A stretch of DNA of 64,000 bases from positions 1,426,001-1,490,000 of the forward strand of contig JAYWIR010000043.1 in NCBI GenBank assembly GCA_036172245.1, written 5' to 3'. This DNA comes from Raillietiella orientalis. Lineage: Eukaryota. The notes under the pieces were generated by a model that saw only the letters and a list, made by a program, of their open reading frames with translations, made no database searches and was not told where the DNA came from. Shown piece after piece: positions 49,509 to 61,050 of this stretch (position 1 is the first letter of the stretch; each line of letters begins with the position of its first letter). The position numbers and the translations under genes were made by a program.

Positions 49509-52500
49509 TTTTTTTTTCTTTTCAGCGACCTCATGAGAAGATCGTTGGCCGAGGATGATGGAAATCCTTTTGAGGTTATTCTGTCTTCGCTGCCTTCCTT
49601 CCAGCTTTTTTCTTTTTCGGGTGTTCCTATTTTGGGGTTGCCAAGTACTGAAGAACCGTTCGCCTGGCGGCTCACGAGGCTCATTGGCAATGTCCACGCC
49701 ACCCGTGGATGCGTGCAGCTCTTCACGTTAGGAGTTACCCAGCGTGGAGACAACCCTATGAATACGGGAAGGGCTCCGGAGGAAGGGAGTCCGTTCCTCC
49801 CATGCTTAGGGAGGGATCTCCGAAGGAAACCCTCCGCTCTGGTTGTCTTCGATTTCCACCCGCAAACGCTGGGGCATTTCTTAAAATGTAAAAAGGAAAC
49901 TTACAAACTGTGGTGGAACGCGCGGTCCTACCACGCTCCGTTTGTCCACGGACCTGCCAGGTCGCCGATACGCAGATCGGCGGAGCTCCCCTCGACGGCG
50001 GAGGGGGACGGGAGAAAACAGAAAGAAAGAGCAAACAAAAATAAATAAAAATGTTCAAGAAGGTCGGGAAGGAATCACTGTCCACTGGAAGGAGTCCTCT
50101 GCATTGTTTCCAGGATGCGGGCTAGGTCCGTCCGAATAGGTCCCAGGCGGGGCCATCTGGCCGCTACACGCTGGAAGCGAACTGCAAATTGGACGGCGTC
50201 CCTGTCGTTTCTTCTCGTGTCGGCTTCGCTCCAGGCCGCCGCAATCCCGCGGATGCAGCAAGGTGCTGCTGGATCTGTGGCTGGCTGCGGGGAGTCTCGC
50301 ACAGAGAGGAGCTGTAAAACGTCCCTGGGTGTACCAGCCGGGATCTGGAGGGTCGTTGCGAAACGTTCCCGCAGGGACCGGAGGGCGACACAGTCCACAT
50401 GCAGGTGCGGGAAGGGGAATTCCCGTTCCCCGCACCTGTGACAGTCCGAACTCACCCCCTCAACGTCCAGTGGTGTCGGCGGGAGCTGCACGGGACGTCC
50501 CAGTGCAACAGTAGCAGAAGTGCCGGCTCCTGACACTTCAGGTGGAAAGCGCTGCTGTTCTTGAGCACTAGGGGCCACTCCAGGTCTCCGCTAGGAATAC
50601 CGAGCAGCTCCCCCAAGCGCTGTAGTCCTCTTGGAAGGGCATTCGGTGTCTCAGCATCCGCTGTCTTCCCCATAATCCATCTACTCATCAGTTTCCGCCT
50701 GCCCGCGATTTTACGGGCGACTTCCCACCTCGGCGGTTGGCTGCTGACAAGTGCCCTCTTCAGGAAGGGCATCATTGTTTGTTTGACTCCGAAGGGAACC
50801 CCGAAAGGAATCACCACTTCCTTATTCTCTCCGAGTGTCGCTCATCTTCCAGACATTTTCCAGTTTCCCTCCGGAGGGGGTAGCTCCTCACGGCTTCTTC
50901 CACAGGAACCCGGAAAATGTCCGCTGCTAGAATTTCTTCTCCGGAGGGCACCCGCAAGGGAACCACTCCTTGTTTCCTTCTTCACTGAAGAGAACTCCGA
51001 GGGGATGGCCCCAAATTTACCTGAAGAGTCTCTCCTGAAGGAAGCAGAGCACATCACACTCTGGCACAGGGCTATCAATCCATACATGGTACGAGACGGA
51101 GAGTCCCCTTCTGGGGGTGGGTGGGAAACGGTTCCAGTTTTCTTACCATTGAAAAGGAAACCCGAAGGGAACCGGCTTCTTGATTCCTGGAAGGACCCTG
51201 GAAGGTCAACTTCCAATCCCGGCCACTCATCGGGCACATCGGGTTTCCGGCTTCCGCTAGTGCCGCACACAAAGCCTGGGGGCCAACCAGAGTCATCTTG
51301 CGGGAGAATTCGAAACCCATTTCTCTGGCGTTGGTGCTTTCCCTCCGATCGGGATTCAAGCCCGAGACTCCCGGTGCCGCATGCGGAGACCGCAGCCACC
51401 CGGCCTCCAACGCGGCCCCTCCTTTCGAGCTGCCGCCACTTTTCGTTTCCTGCTTCTCCGGCAGAGTCATGGGGGCACATCCCAGCCTCCGTCTGGCGAG
51501 ATGGGCAGACGGCATGAAACGACCGTTTGACGAGTCGAAGGGGGTTGCAGAGGGAGGGTCTCCTTCGTTGGGAGAGCCCGTAGTTTTCCTCGTGATGGTG
51601 GGGGCAGGAGGGGGGGAAGGCAGACCAGAGTCCTCAGCTTCCTTCCGGTCAGTTTCCGATTTTCTGGTCCTTTGAGGTGCTGGCGAATCATCCTCCGCGA
51701 GATTCTGCCGTTGATGCCGGATATCAGGTCCGTTCGCTACCCGAATGGATTCCGGGAGTCTGTCCCTGGACCAGTTCCTTCCCCGGACTCGAAGTGCATT
51801 CCGTGATGTGCTCCGGGATCAGGGCCCGCAGCCTGGGAAGCTCTGGACTTCCGCTCCATAGACATTTCTCGTGCTCCGAGAACTCTCATTTTGCGGGAAC
51901 GCGCCTCCTCCCATCCCGGAAACGGCTCTCGAGTTTCCCCTTTCCCGGCGGTGTCCATGAAAGGAAAAAAAAAAATCCCCCCTTCCTGTTTTACTATGGA
52001 TTCCCATTTCCCTTTTCTAAGTCCCGAGAGGAAATCGCCCACTCGTGTCCTTGAACCTTCGTCAAATGGAGAACCCTCTGGAACGCGGCCAGGGTACCAC
52101 GAGAAGGGACCGGAGTCCTTGGGGAGCTCGGGAGGTGACCTGCCGGAGGTCGGCTGCCAGCGCGAGGAAGATTCCCCGGTCACTGACCAAGCGGCGAGAC
52201 CCGCGAGAGAGGGCGGGAGGGACCGGTCGTGCCGACGTGGCCGGGATCGCTGCGCTGGAGGTCGGCCGGGAGGAACGGGACGTATCCAGGGATCCTGCAG
52301 CGCCTCGGTCCGCTGAGTCCGTTCTCTTCTGACACCAGCAGATAGGAGCCGCCGCCTCCGGGAACTCCTCCCGTGCCATTCTCGACGCGCACCAGCTCGC
52401 CGGCTTCTTCCTGGGAAGGAGGTCGACTCACCCCTCTCCGAGAGGTAGTCCGGATGGCCTGTACTCTGTTCGTTCCCTGGGAAGCCGCTCAGGCTTCTCA

Positions 52501-53100
52501 TCCCTGCCATCCAGCTCTGAGCGAAACAGACCAAAGTATGGGTCTCAGCTTCTCTCCCTCGGCCTCCACCGCGTCTTCTCCCAGACCAACTCTCCGGGAA
52601 ACCTTCCCTTCCTCCCTTTGTACAGCGGGAAGCCGTGGAAGCCCGGGAAGGGAGGATCTCCTGCAAGGAGGGGTTGACGATGTACCGCCGCCGGTGCCCG
52701 CAGAGATCTACCGGGACCCGGCACATGTGGGGACCTCCGTCCTCATCCACCCAGCTGCAGCGGAGATCGCCGCCCAGGTGACGGTGGTGGCCCGCGTGGA
52801 AAGGCCCAGGGGCGCGCGGCCTGGCCTGGGACTTCCGACAGTTGAACTCGCCGCCATTCGGGGGCTACGTTCTTCCTCCGCCTCGTTGTACCTCAGCTTC
52901 CAGGATGCGGTCGGGATGTGTGCGAACCGGGGAACCCCCCGCGAACACACTTTTTCGGGAGCAGCCGTTCGTTCACTGCTTGCAGAAGCAGGGAGGAAGC
53001 GGATGGGAAGCGGACGGCAGTCTCCCTCGCTCCGGCATTCCAGGGTCGGGGGAGATGGGGTCGGGAAACACCTTCGATTTCGACTCGAAAGTGGGGGAGG
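49509..53100 (-). mobile_element. Family B, longest copy: putative HAL1-like ORF1-only retroelement (~2.65 kb excluding nested insert)
   Basis: ORF1-like pieces (GELVRVENG..YLLVS..RIPGYV; LPESIRVA), a Pro/Ser-rich linker, FG repeats, stop TAG 49756-49758, ~240 nt 3'UTR and A-rich tail (49509-49522). No EN or RT motifs seen inside. Confidence 0.55.
49848..50786 (-). mobile_element. 5'-truncated family A LINE nested in family B
   Basis: PFLKRALVS..WIMG..LLLHWDVPC..DCHRCGEREFPFPHLHVDC..SSGQ* plus full structured 3'UTR. B sequence resumes on both sides when compared with the uninterrupted 54520-54620. Confidence 0.9.
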
Positions 53101-53309
53101 AAGCTGCTTGGAAGTTTTTGATATGTGCAATTACATAGTTTGTTGCAGGGTGTTCTGGACTATGTTTCGTACTAATGATTTTGTTCCTTTGAAGCGCCCT
53201 TCATCCCAACTTTACAGTGCTTCTTCACTTGCTCGCTTTCTTCCTGTGGGAGAAGATCCTCTGGTCATTCTCTGGCTCACTGTCGGTTTTCCTTGCAACA
53301 TGGGTTCAT

Positions 53310-54340
53310 AGATATCACTTGAGTACCGGATACACGAACTGAGTCATCGTCCGATGCCTCAGTTCCACCAGCTTCTTCTTTCGTATTCCTAGATCTTGTA
53401 ATACTTCTTCATTACCAGGGTCCCGTGCTCCCAGAGAGCCGACGGTGAACGCGTGTACTTTGCTTTGCTTTCCACCTTTTCCCAGTCTCATTGCTACGTC
53501 CTTGTATTTTCCTTCCTTGCTCTTCCTGGCTGTGCTGCACGCCTCCTTTCCATTTTCGTATGGGAAGCAGATGTCTAGCACATACATCCGGTTTCCTTTT
53601 TGCTGGACCAAATCCGGTTTTCAGGTGGAAGTTGTAGAAGTTATTCCTGGCACTCTCTGGTTTCTTGATACGAGACTCCACTTTGCTTCCTCCAATGCGG
53701 CCTTCCAGACTATTTCCTGAATCGCGTCGTGGCGTGCCATGGTCAGAAGAAGCGAAGGGAGGAGCGTGGCAAGGGAATCTGGACCCAGTCACTCCGGATC
53801 TTTCTGCGGCAGAGCCCTCCCGGATTCCCGAGGTATGGTTTTCCCACAAACCAGGAACCTCCGTCTGGACCGACTGAGTTTGCTGGACTCCTTTCCTTTT
53901 TGGCTTTGTTTCCTACAAGGGCGACTTCTTGCGGAGACCGCGAGAAAGGTTTTGGAGAGAGACACCTCTGGGGTGCATCTCTGGCCACTCAGTTGAAGGC
54001 TTGCAACGAGCGGAAGCATTCCCGGGCAATCCGAAGAAAAAGTCTTCGTTACGATCCATTTGCTTCCTTGGCCCCATGCAAAGCCGCTGTCCGAAGGGCG
54101 TCTTTCGGAAGCGCCGGACTTACAGCAGCACCAGAGGCTGCAGGAATACGCCCGCAATCCTTCGCCTGCCCTCGTCGAAGCGCAAGCGCGGGCAGGCCTC
54201 GTCCTCCTGCTGGGGTCCTCCCGGGCAGCCAGATGGCGAATTTTCCTCGCCTCCGGTCGATTTTCAGGGTCTCTCCTCTGCACCCCATGCGCTCACCTCG
54301 AGCTAAGTCCTTCTTCTCCAGGGGAGATCCGTCCCGGCAT
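53310..54340 (-). mobile_element. RLE-clade non-LTR retrotransposon (NeSL/Utopia/R2-like) 3' fragment
   Basis: LCRR..ARHDAIQ..KPDLV..VLDICFPYENG..ARKSKEGKY..AFTVGSLGARDPGNE: RHD, PD..D/E and KxxKY motifs of the restriction-like endonuclease. Confidence 0.9.
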
Positions 54341-54379
54341 CTTGAGAGAATCCACAAGACGTCCGGGACGGGACGTCCG

Positions 54380-55200
54380 ATCTCCCTTTCTTTTTCTTTG
54401 GTTCGCCAAGTGCCGAAGAACCATTCGCCTGGCGGTTCACGAGGATCTTTGGCACCATCTACGCCACCCGAGGGTGCATGTGGTGACTCTTCAGGTTAGG
54501 GGGCTACCCGGGAGAAGACCACCTTATGAATCCGGAAAGGGCTCCGGAGTTCCTCTCGCGCTTGGGAGGGAACCTCCGTCCTGGTTACCTCCGAAGAGAA
54601 CTCCGAATGGAACCTCTTCCTTATTCTCTCCGGAGGGGTACCCTAGAGGGGATGGCACTCCTCGTTTCTTCTCCGGTGGGAGCTAGGAGAGGATCCGCTC
54701 TTGGAATTTCTTTTCCGTATGGAACCCGAAAGGGAACTGCTCCTTGCTTGCTCCTCCGAAGAGGACCCCCAAGAGACGCTTCCAGATTTCTCCGAATGGG
54801 TCACTCCCCGAAGGGAGCAGCGCTCTTCGTACACTCTGCAGAGGCAACCTCCCTAGGGGGATATCAACTGGCTCGATGGTACGCGATGGAGCCTTCTCCC
54901 CCCCAGAGGAGTAGATGGGTTCATTTTCACAACCGGAGGGTGGACCTCGAGGCCTCTCGATTCCTGGAAGGACCCCGGAAAATCACTTTCCGATCCTGGA
55001 GGTTAACGAGGGCATCCGGGGGCTCCTAGCTTCCAACTGTACCACACGCGAAGCCAACCGAGGTCCATAAGCGTCATCCTGCTGGAGGGACTCAAAACCC
55101 ACGGGGGCGCAATCCCCACTTCTCGGCATCACTCCTTCCTCGGGAGGGATTCGAACCCACGACGCTTGTCACCACGCGCGGAGCTCGCAGCCGTCATCGA
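54380..55200 (-). mobile_element. Family B fragment with uninterrupted FG-repeat array
   Basis: ..FGGASKEQFPFGF..SGENKEEVPFGVLFGGNQD..PEPFPDS* (TAA 54524-54526) and conserved 3'UTR. Confidence 0.85.
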
Positions 55201-55249
55201 GGGCTTCTTCAATCCTCGAGGATGAGCAGGCTCTCCAGGGAACTTTCCA

Positions 55250-55732
55250 GGACGGTGTCCTACGTGGGCAGCAAGGGAAAAGAAACAGAGGGGGAAGGAG
55301 GATGCACGGCACCCATGCTGGAGGAATCGATCAGGAAAGCGATGGAAATAAAGCCCGGCACCAGAGCAGCGCAACCAGGGAGCACCCTCTTCGATCAGGA
55401 AGGATAGATTCCCCAGGTTCGTCTCCAGATATCGGAAGGAAGGGCTCTCAGGCAAGGGAAGTGGCCGCTCGAGGAGATTTCGAACAGGATTACCTTGAAA
55501 GGGCGTGAAAGTCAAAGGGAGGGATGACCGCTTCGTGGGATAAGAGGATATGCCCCTCCCCTCGCAGATTTTCGTGCGGCCGGGGAAGAGCGCGGGAGCA
55601 GGCGCGAGAAGATTTGTAGCTTTCCCCGCCGGATGGATCCGTTGCCGCTCCGGTGGACGGGGGACAAAGGAGCTCGCCCCATTCGATGCGGAAGAGCGGG
55701 AAGCGCTAGCTGGCGCCAAATCCTCGGACTGA
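55250..55732 (+). pseudogene. LINE ORF1-like fragment
   Basis: PLPSQIFV..RRFVAFPAGWIRCRSGGRG, the usual lead-in to the ORF1 zinc knuckle. Confidence 0.45.
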
Positions 55733-55849
55733 CAACAGCTCCGGAGATTCTCCTGGAAGTTCAGATCACTCGCTCGTACCCTCGAGTATCCCGGAAGCTG
55801 GAGGCATCAACAAAATTTTATTGCCGGAAACTGCAGCTATCGGCTATGC

Positions 55850-57100
55850 TAAGCTCCAGGCGGTAACCAAAGGATGCTCCGGAGATGTGCAAATGACGAA
55901 ATGTGGATGGAACGTCTTTTCGGATCGCGAGAGGGACGGGGCCCCTTCCTTCAGGGGGAGAGACGTCCTCTTCCGAGTAGATGGGTGCGCGCTTGTTTGA
56001 GGAAGGAGGTTCGTTCTCCATCGGGAGCAGCTCTGCAAAGATCATCCGCCTGGAAAGTACACAGGCAGCGTTTCGGAGGCTTCGTGCCAGAAGGACGACA
56101 AACTGCCACCGGAAACGCAAGGGGGAGAGCTGTAGGGATGTCTCCGTAGAGCTCTCCCTTCACCTGAGAAGGGCAAGCAGGTGCCCTGCTGCTTGCGCTC
56201 GCCTTCTCTGGTGACGGCGGGAGGTGCGAGCCCACTTGCCCTTACCAGAGGTTTTGTCCTGCACTTGCGGGAGCAGAGATGCACGGACGCCATTCTCTTC
56301 CACGCATCGGTGAGCACGGTGAGGAACGCAGGTCTCCTCGGCCTTGTTCTTGAGGAGATTCGCGAGAAACAAACGATTGAATAACGGAAAAGATAGGAAG
56401 GTTTCCGTGGACGTCGACAGGAACGCCCCGCTGCGTTCGCATCTGGGCGTGCCCTTGTTGCAGCGAGATGCAATCGCACATTGCATTTGCGTGGGGGGTT
56501 CTTCCAAAAAAGGAAGTGGTGGAGAGATTTCGGGGGTGCTGGCGGAAAGTACTTGGTCACCAAGACTGCTACCACCCACCATCAAGTACGGTCAGTCAAT
56601 CGCCGAAATAGAAGAGGTTAAGAAACCGAATTTTATTCGAATGTGGATGGGACACAACAAGCACGATGGCTCCAAACCATCTTACTATTCTTTCGTTCTC
56701 CCTGAAAGTTTCCCGTCTCGCTGCGTGCGTGAGTGCGTGCGTGCGGGTGGACGGGTAAGGGGGAAGCGAGGCAGAGAAATGCCTTCACACTTGGGTCAAA
56801 TCTGTTTCTCGTCAGGTGATCATCCGCCGCCCATCTGGTGGTCAGCATAGTCAGCTACTTTTCGGAAGCACATGCCTGGACCTCGGTGCTGCCCTTTCGC
56901 GGGTTAGCGCGGTAAGGCGGCTCGCTGTACCCTCCACGCAAACGCAAAGTCGGATTGCATCTTGATGCAGGGCAGGCGTCCGTGGGCGTGGTGTCCTCCG
57001 TTTCTTTGCTCCTCTTGCACTCTCCGAAGAATTCCGTCACTGCCATTTTCCTTCCAACCGCGACCATCACAAACTCCCGTCCGTTTCAAAGAACGGCTCT
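55850..57100 (-). mobile_element. Degenerate LINE RT/post-RT fragment
   Basis: VADYADH (YADD-like, ~56840) followed by KYFPPAPPKSLHHFLFWK. Confidence 0.55.
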
Positions 57101-57129
57101 TACCCAGCCTGCGAGGCTGCACCTACGGG

Positions 57130-58110
57130 GATGCCAGCATTTATAATGCTCCTCTCACAGACGCGCCTTCCCGGAAAATATGGCATGCTGGGTCGGCCAC
57201 GCTCTGGATCCCCCATTCCAGGCACAGCATCCTTCGATCAGCTTTTCTGAGAACTTGGATGTGTTCCGTAGAGAAAACAAATCGAGTATTTCATCCCTTC
57301 GGATCATCTTACTGAGATCCTTCCTTTGGAAACAAAGTCTTGCCGAAGCGGGAAGTTCGCCCAAGATGCCGCTGATCGATGGATTGAGAAAGAATTATCG
57401 GAGGAGCTAACAGCAACGCCTGACGTCATAAGAGAGGTAAGCACCTCATCAGGCAAGGGAACCCTTATTTGTATGATCGTGAGATGGGTTTTCCTCGAGA
57501 CCACCTAACGAGCCATGCAGAGTGTGCTGATCTGAGAAGGGGAGATGAAACCCCTAGCGTGCTAAGGGTCAGTATCCGAAAGCTAACTGATTGCTGGCTT
57601 GAAACAGGGAGAAGGCCTTGTTTCAAGTTTTTCTTGGAGATCAAGATGTAAAGGCAGTCTCCAAGCTGCGATTCCATCTCGAGAAGCATAAAAAGGAAGT
57701 CGTTTCCGAACAGACACTCTTCTCCAAGGAGACCGTGAACACAAAATACGCAGAAAATCTGCTGAATGGAAAGACCTAGATGCTTCCATGTCCAAAATGG
57801 AGAAAGCCAAGCCGCATGGTCGGTCGATTCGTCCAACATATCTCTTAGTTGAAGAAAAAATCTACCGCAAGAGAAACTGCTCCGTCTTTTCTATCTCTCT
57901 ACTAAAAGGTTTCTGATTGAAAGTCGAGACCACGTTCCTCTTTGCCTTTTTCCAAGAGATTTTGAACTTCGATGTCACGTATCGAGATGAAATGCTCTTG
58001 AAAGCTTCCGGCATGCGTGGCAAATCCGTCGTTCCGTCGATGAAATAATAACGGAAGAATCTCGGAGAACATACGTTTCCAAGTGATGCTTCTTAGACTG
58101 CAAACCAACT
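57130..58110 (-). mobile_element. hAT (Buster/Charlie-like) transposase remnant
   Basis: FFLQL..LDESTD, EECLF, SKGRI..RDEI and a degenerate LAYLxDIF-like segment, in the expected order. No TIRs identified. Confidence 0.6.
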
Positions 58111-59549
58111 ATGCAGGACACCTAAAAAACCGGACGAAGGACGTTTGCTCTAACACCGTTCATTTTAATCTTGGAATTTCCAAGGGAGATGCACCGCTTC
58201 ATCTTTGCCGTATCCACAGTGGTTAAACTGGTTCGACTCGTAGTTCGAAGCGCGGCTCAAACGCCCCCCACTGAGTTTAACCGAAGGCCTTGCATGCCAT
58301 CAACCTGATGCGTATGAAACATTCTGTATGCGCCGCTGAGATCATGTCCTTAAGAGGCACAGGGCACTGCAATCTTGATAAATAGAAATCATTTTGATTA
58401 ATGGAGGAGAATCCGGGGGCATCGCATCGACGAGAATTCCGTTGGAACAAACAACATGAGTGCCCGAGTTCTCAGGGCAAGCAGAAGTTTGTTTTGGCTG
58501 CTGAACATTCTGCATTAGAAGCGATGCCATAAATCTGAATTGTCACTCATTCTTCAACTGGAGCTTATTCAGAAAAAAGCACAGAAAAAAATGAGAAAAA
58601 TTCTTCAAAAAGCTAAGAGGCAACGAATGATTAAAAGAACGGAGAGGTGAATCGACAGAGATTAGGCGCTTGCAAGTGAGCTTAGGCGTCCGAGCTACCT
58701 TCGAAGATGCGAGTCCTGGAAATCCGAAGGTCAAGCTGACCACGACGGATAATTCCATCTTTTGCAGGAAAAAAAAAAAACAAGGAAAACATAAATCTGC
58801 TCGCCTGCCAAAAATTCTCCAGCGCACAGAGATCGGCAGCCCGGCGCCATCCTGGGTTCGAATCCACTGCGTTCCCGAGCTCTCAGGTGAATTCATCCGA
58901 ATGATTTTAGGTCGCACCTGGGAAAGGGAACGGCGAAGAAAGCGGTGGGTCCAGCCGGACCCTTTCCTTGAGTCTGTGCAGAGAGACTGAGGCGTTCAAG
59001 GACGTGCAAACGAGGCATGGGAACGCCTCGTGAATGAAAAGTTCGGTGTGGGGGCGCGCAGGGGGCAAACAAAAGTCAACAAAGTCTTTCGTCGGAGAGA
59101 CACTTTCACGAGGAACTTCCCGCTCCTGAGTGTGCTCTGGAAGTGTTCCCACCGGTTATCCCAATGACAAACGCTTCTCGCTTCCAGGTAGAGGAGCTGA
59201 CAGACAAAACAACAGGAAAGCTGAAAGCCCACATTGATTTCTTGTGCGGTCTCTTGAGAGGAATCGGAAAAGAATGGAACCGGTTCGCACTGGGCGGAAC
59301 TCTGTGTCCATCACTTCATGAGGGCTCATTTGGTAAAGCGCGCCCCTTCCCCCCCATCATTTGTCGGCGAGTTTATCTATGGATCTATGCGCTCCAGTCC
59401 GTACACTGAATCGATGCTTCCAAATCTCATGCGCATCTTCACTTTGTAGCACTGAAGATGCTGTCTCCGTGGATCTTCCCGGCTAGCTGAAGGACCGTCA
59501 CGTACGATCCTCCTCTCCTCGCCAGCAAGGGAGACAACGTATCGGACAA

Positions 59550-60340
59550 TGGTGTCAAACCATTCCGCATCAAAGCAACGGCTGTGACCCTTCGGCACCC
59601 TCGCTCGCAGTTGCGAACGTGCGTGGCTGGCTGGTCAGTTGCCAGCTTCTCGCGAGTGCACGTTGACACGCCAGGACTGGCTTGCTTCCGGCCTTTGTGT
59701 CCGACGAGGAATGCAAACGGACCCCTCGAAACCGACGTCGTGTCGGGACTTTACGCCGAAGGAGGGACACCGCGCCATCTGATTGATCCGGGGCTGTGTG
59801 CCATTCCATTTATCAACGTCCGGCAGCGAGGGTGTTTCGTGGCATTTTTTTTCCCTAATCTTTCTCAGCAAACAAAAGGCACAGCGGATCCATCCGCGTG
59901 ACTCTCCTGGAAAAACAAGCAAATGGCGGCGCGCATCCTCTCAGGAAAAGGGCGCTCAAATCCGGTTCCCACCTTTATTAAGGCCTGCGAACTAAGCGTT
60001 CGGGAAAAAGCTTCCGTTCCTCGTGATGATGACGGTGGAGACTTTCCTCCGAAGAAGATCACTGCCCCGTCCGCCTCCCAGAATTGCCTTCCTCTGCACG
60101 TGCTTCAGGAAGGCAATTCTGGGAGGCCGAATCAGCAACACCTTCGTTGGTTGGGAAGATGGAAAGGCATGGTCAACCGCACGCGTTCTCGCAAGGAAGA
60201 ACACGTGGTGCTGGACGCTTGGCTCTTTCTCGCCCTCCAAATTCTAATAAGATCCGTCGTTCACCAAGGAAGCTTCTTGATTCTTCAGGGGGTGCTGCTA
60301 ACGGTCCGCGCAAGCGTCTGCGGCAAACACGAGTAAAGTA
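59550..60340 (+). mobile_element. Degenerate Tx1-like RT fragment
   Basis: HLIDPG.., RDDD (YADD position) and WLGRWK (a Tx1-like motif after the RT core). Confidence 0.45.
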
Positions 60341-60344
60341 AAGG

Positions 60345-61050
60345 GCAGGCAAAACGGGAGCATCTAGGAGCTTGGCGCAGACGAATTCGTTCCGTCAAGA
60401 TACCGGATGCTGCAAAGGGCGGCATTTCCCAGCCTCCAGGTTGGCAAAAAGTTTCCAGCTCGGTCATTAGTTAAAAGCAGGAAGCTCTTCAGAAACCGAA
60501 TGGTTCAGCGGGTACGCTACTCACTCCGTTCAAGGACCCTCCTGGACGCTACAGTTCTATTCACGGATGCGTGCATCCGCACATGGATTTGTTGCCGTGT
60601 AATTCTGAATGGAAGGCAGGTTATCGATGGACGCTCAGGAATCATTAAGAGGATGGATGGAACGTCCGAGCGGTGGAAATCTGGTAAGCTTGGAATGTAT
60701 CCATCAAGTGAAGGACACCGCGGCGGCAGGCCTTGAACGCAACCCTGGAAAATGCGGGCGCAAACCACTCTTTTGGTCCTCCTGGAATCGGATGAACGAA
60801 AGACGGTGTATACTACCCGACGGCAGCGTCTTGACCCTACGCGTGCCCACCGCACTGAGCGCCTTTCCATTCGGGGGGCGCCCAGGAACCGCACGAGCGC
60901 CGGAGTAGGTCTTCCCTGCTGCACCCTCTGCAACGTTTGCCCGAAATGAAGCCGGCGGGCTTTGCTTGAAAACAAGCAAACTGCCAGCTTCATTTCCTGT
61001 GAAGCGTTCCCTGAGCGGAAGAAATTAATGCATCTTTGATCTAACAAATG
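60345..61050 (-). pseudogene. LRR gene remnant
   Basis: VKTLPSGSIHRLSF, SKLTRFP, SIDNLPSI and MTELETF: repeated LRR-like pieces across frameshifts. Confidence 0.45.

Noticed and set aside
48740..51450. Family B as the long 3'UTR of a plus-strand LINE with an antisense ORF (WPRMMEIL-like frame in several copies)
   Set aside because: The shared A tails at 11472, 29014 and 49509 give B the opposite polarity and explain the junction as an insertion.
54560..54815. CRISPR-like periodicity
   Set aside because: Units are degenerate tandem repeats without unique spacers, there are no cas genes, and the context is eukaryotic.
55140..55185. tRNA B-box-like GGGTTCGAATCCC on the minus strand (similar motifs at 8254 and 58855)
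   Set aside because: No cloverleaf or A-box at the proper spacing, and not conserved in other family B copies.
58205..58270. tRNA-like fragment (agtggttaa..ttcga-ctcgtagt-tcgaa)
   Set aside because: 8-nt loop, no acceptor stem and a degenerate T-arm. At best a decayed SINE head.
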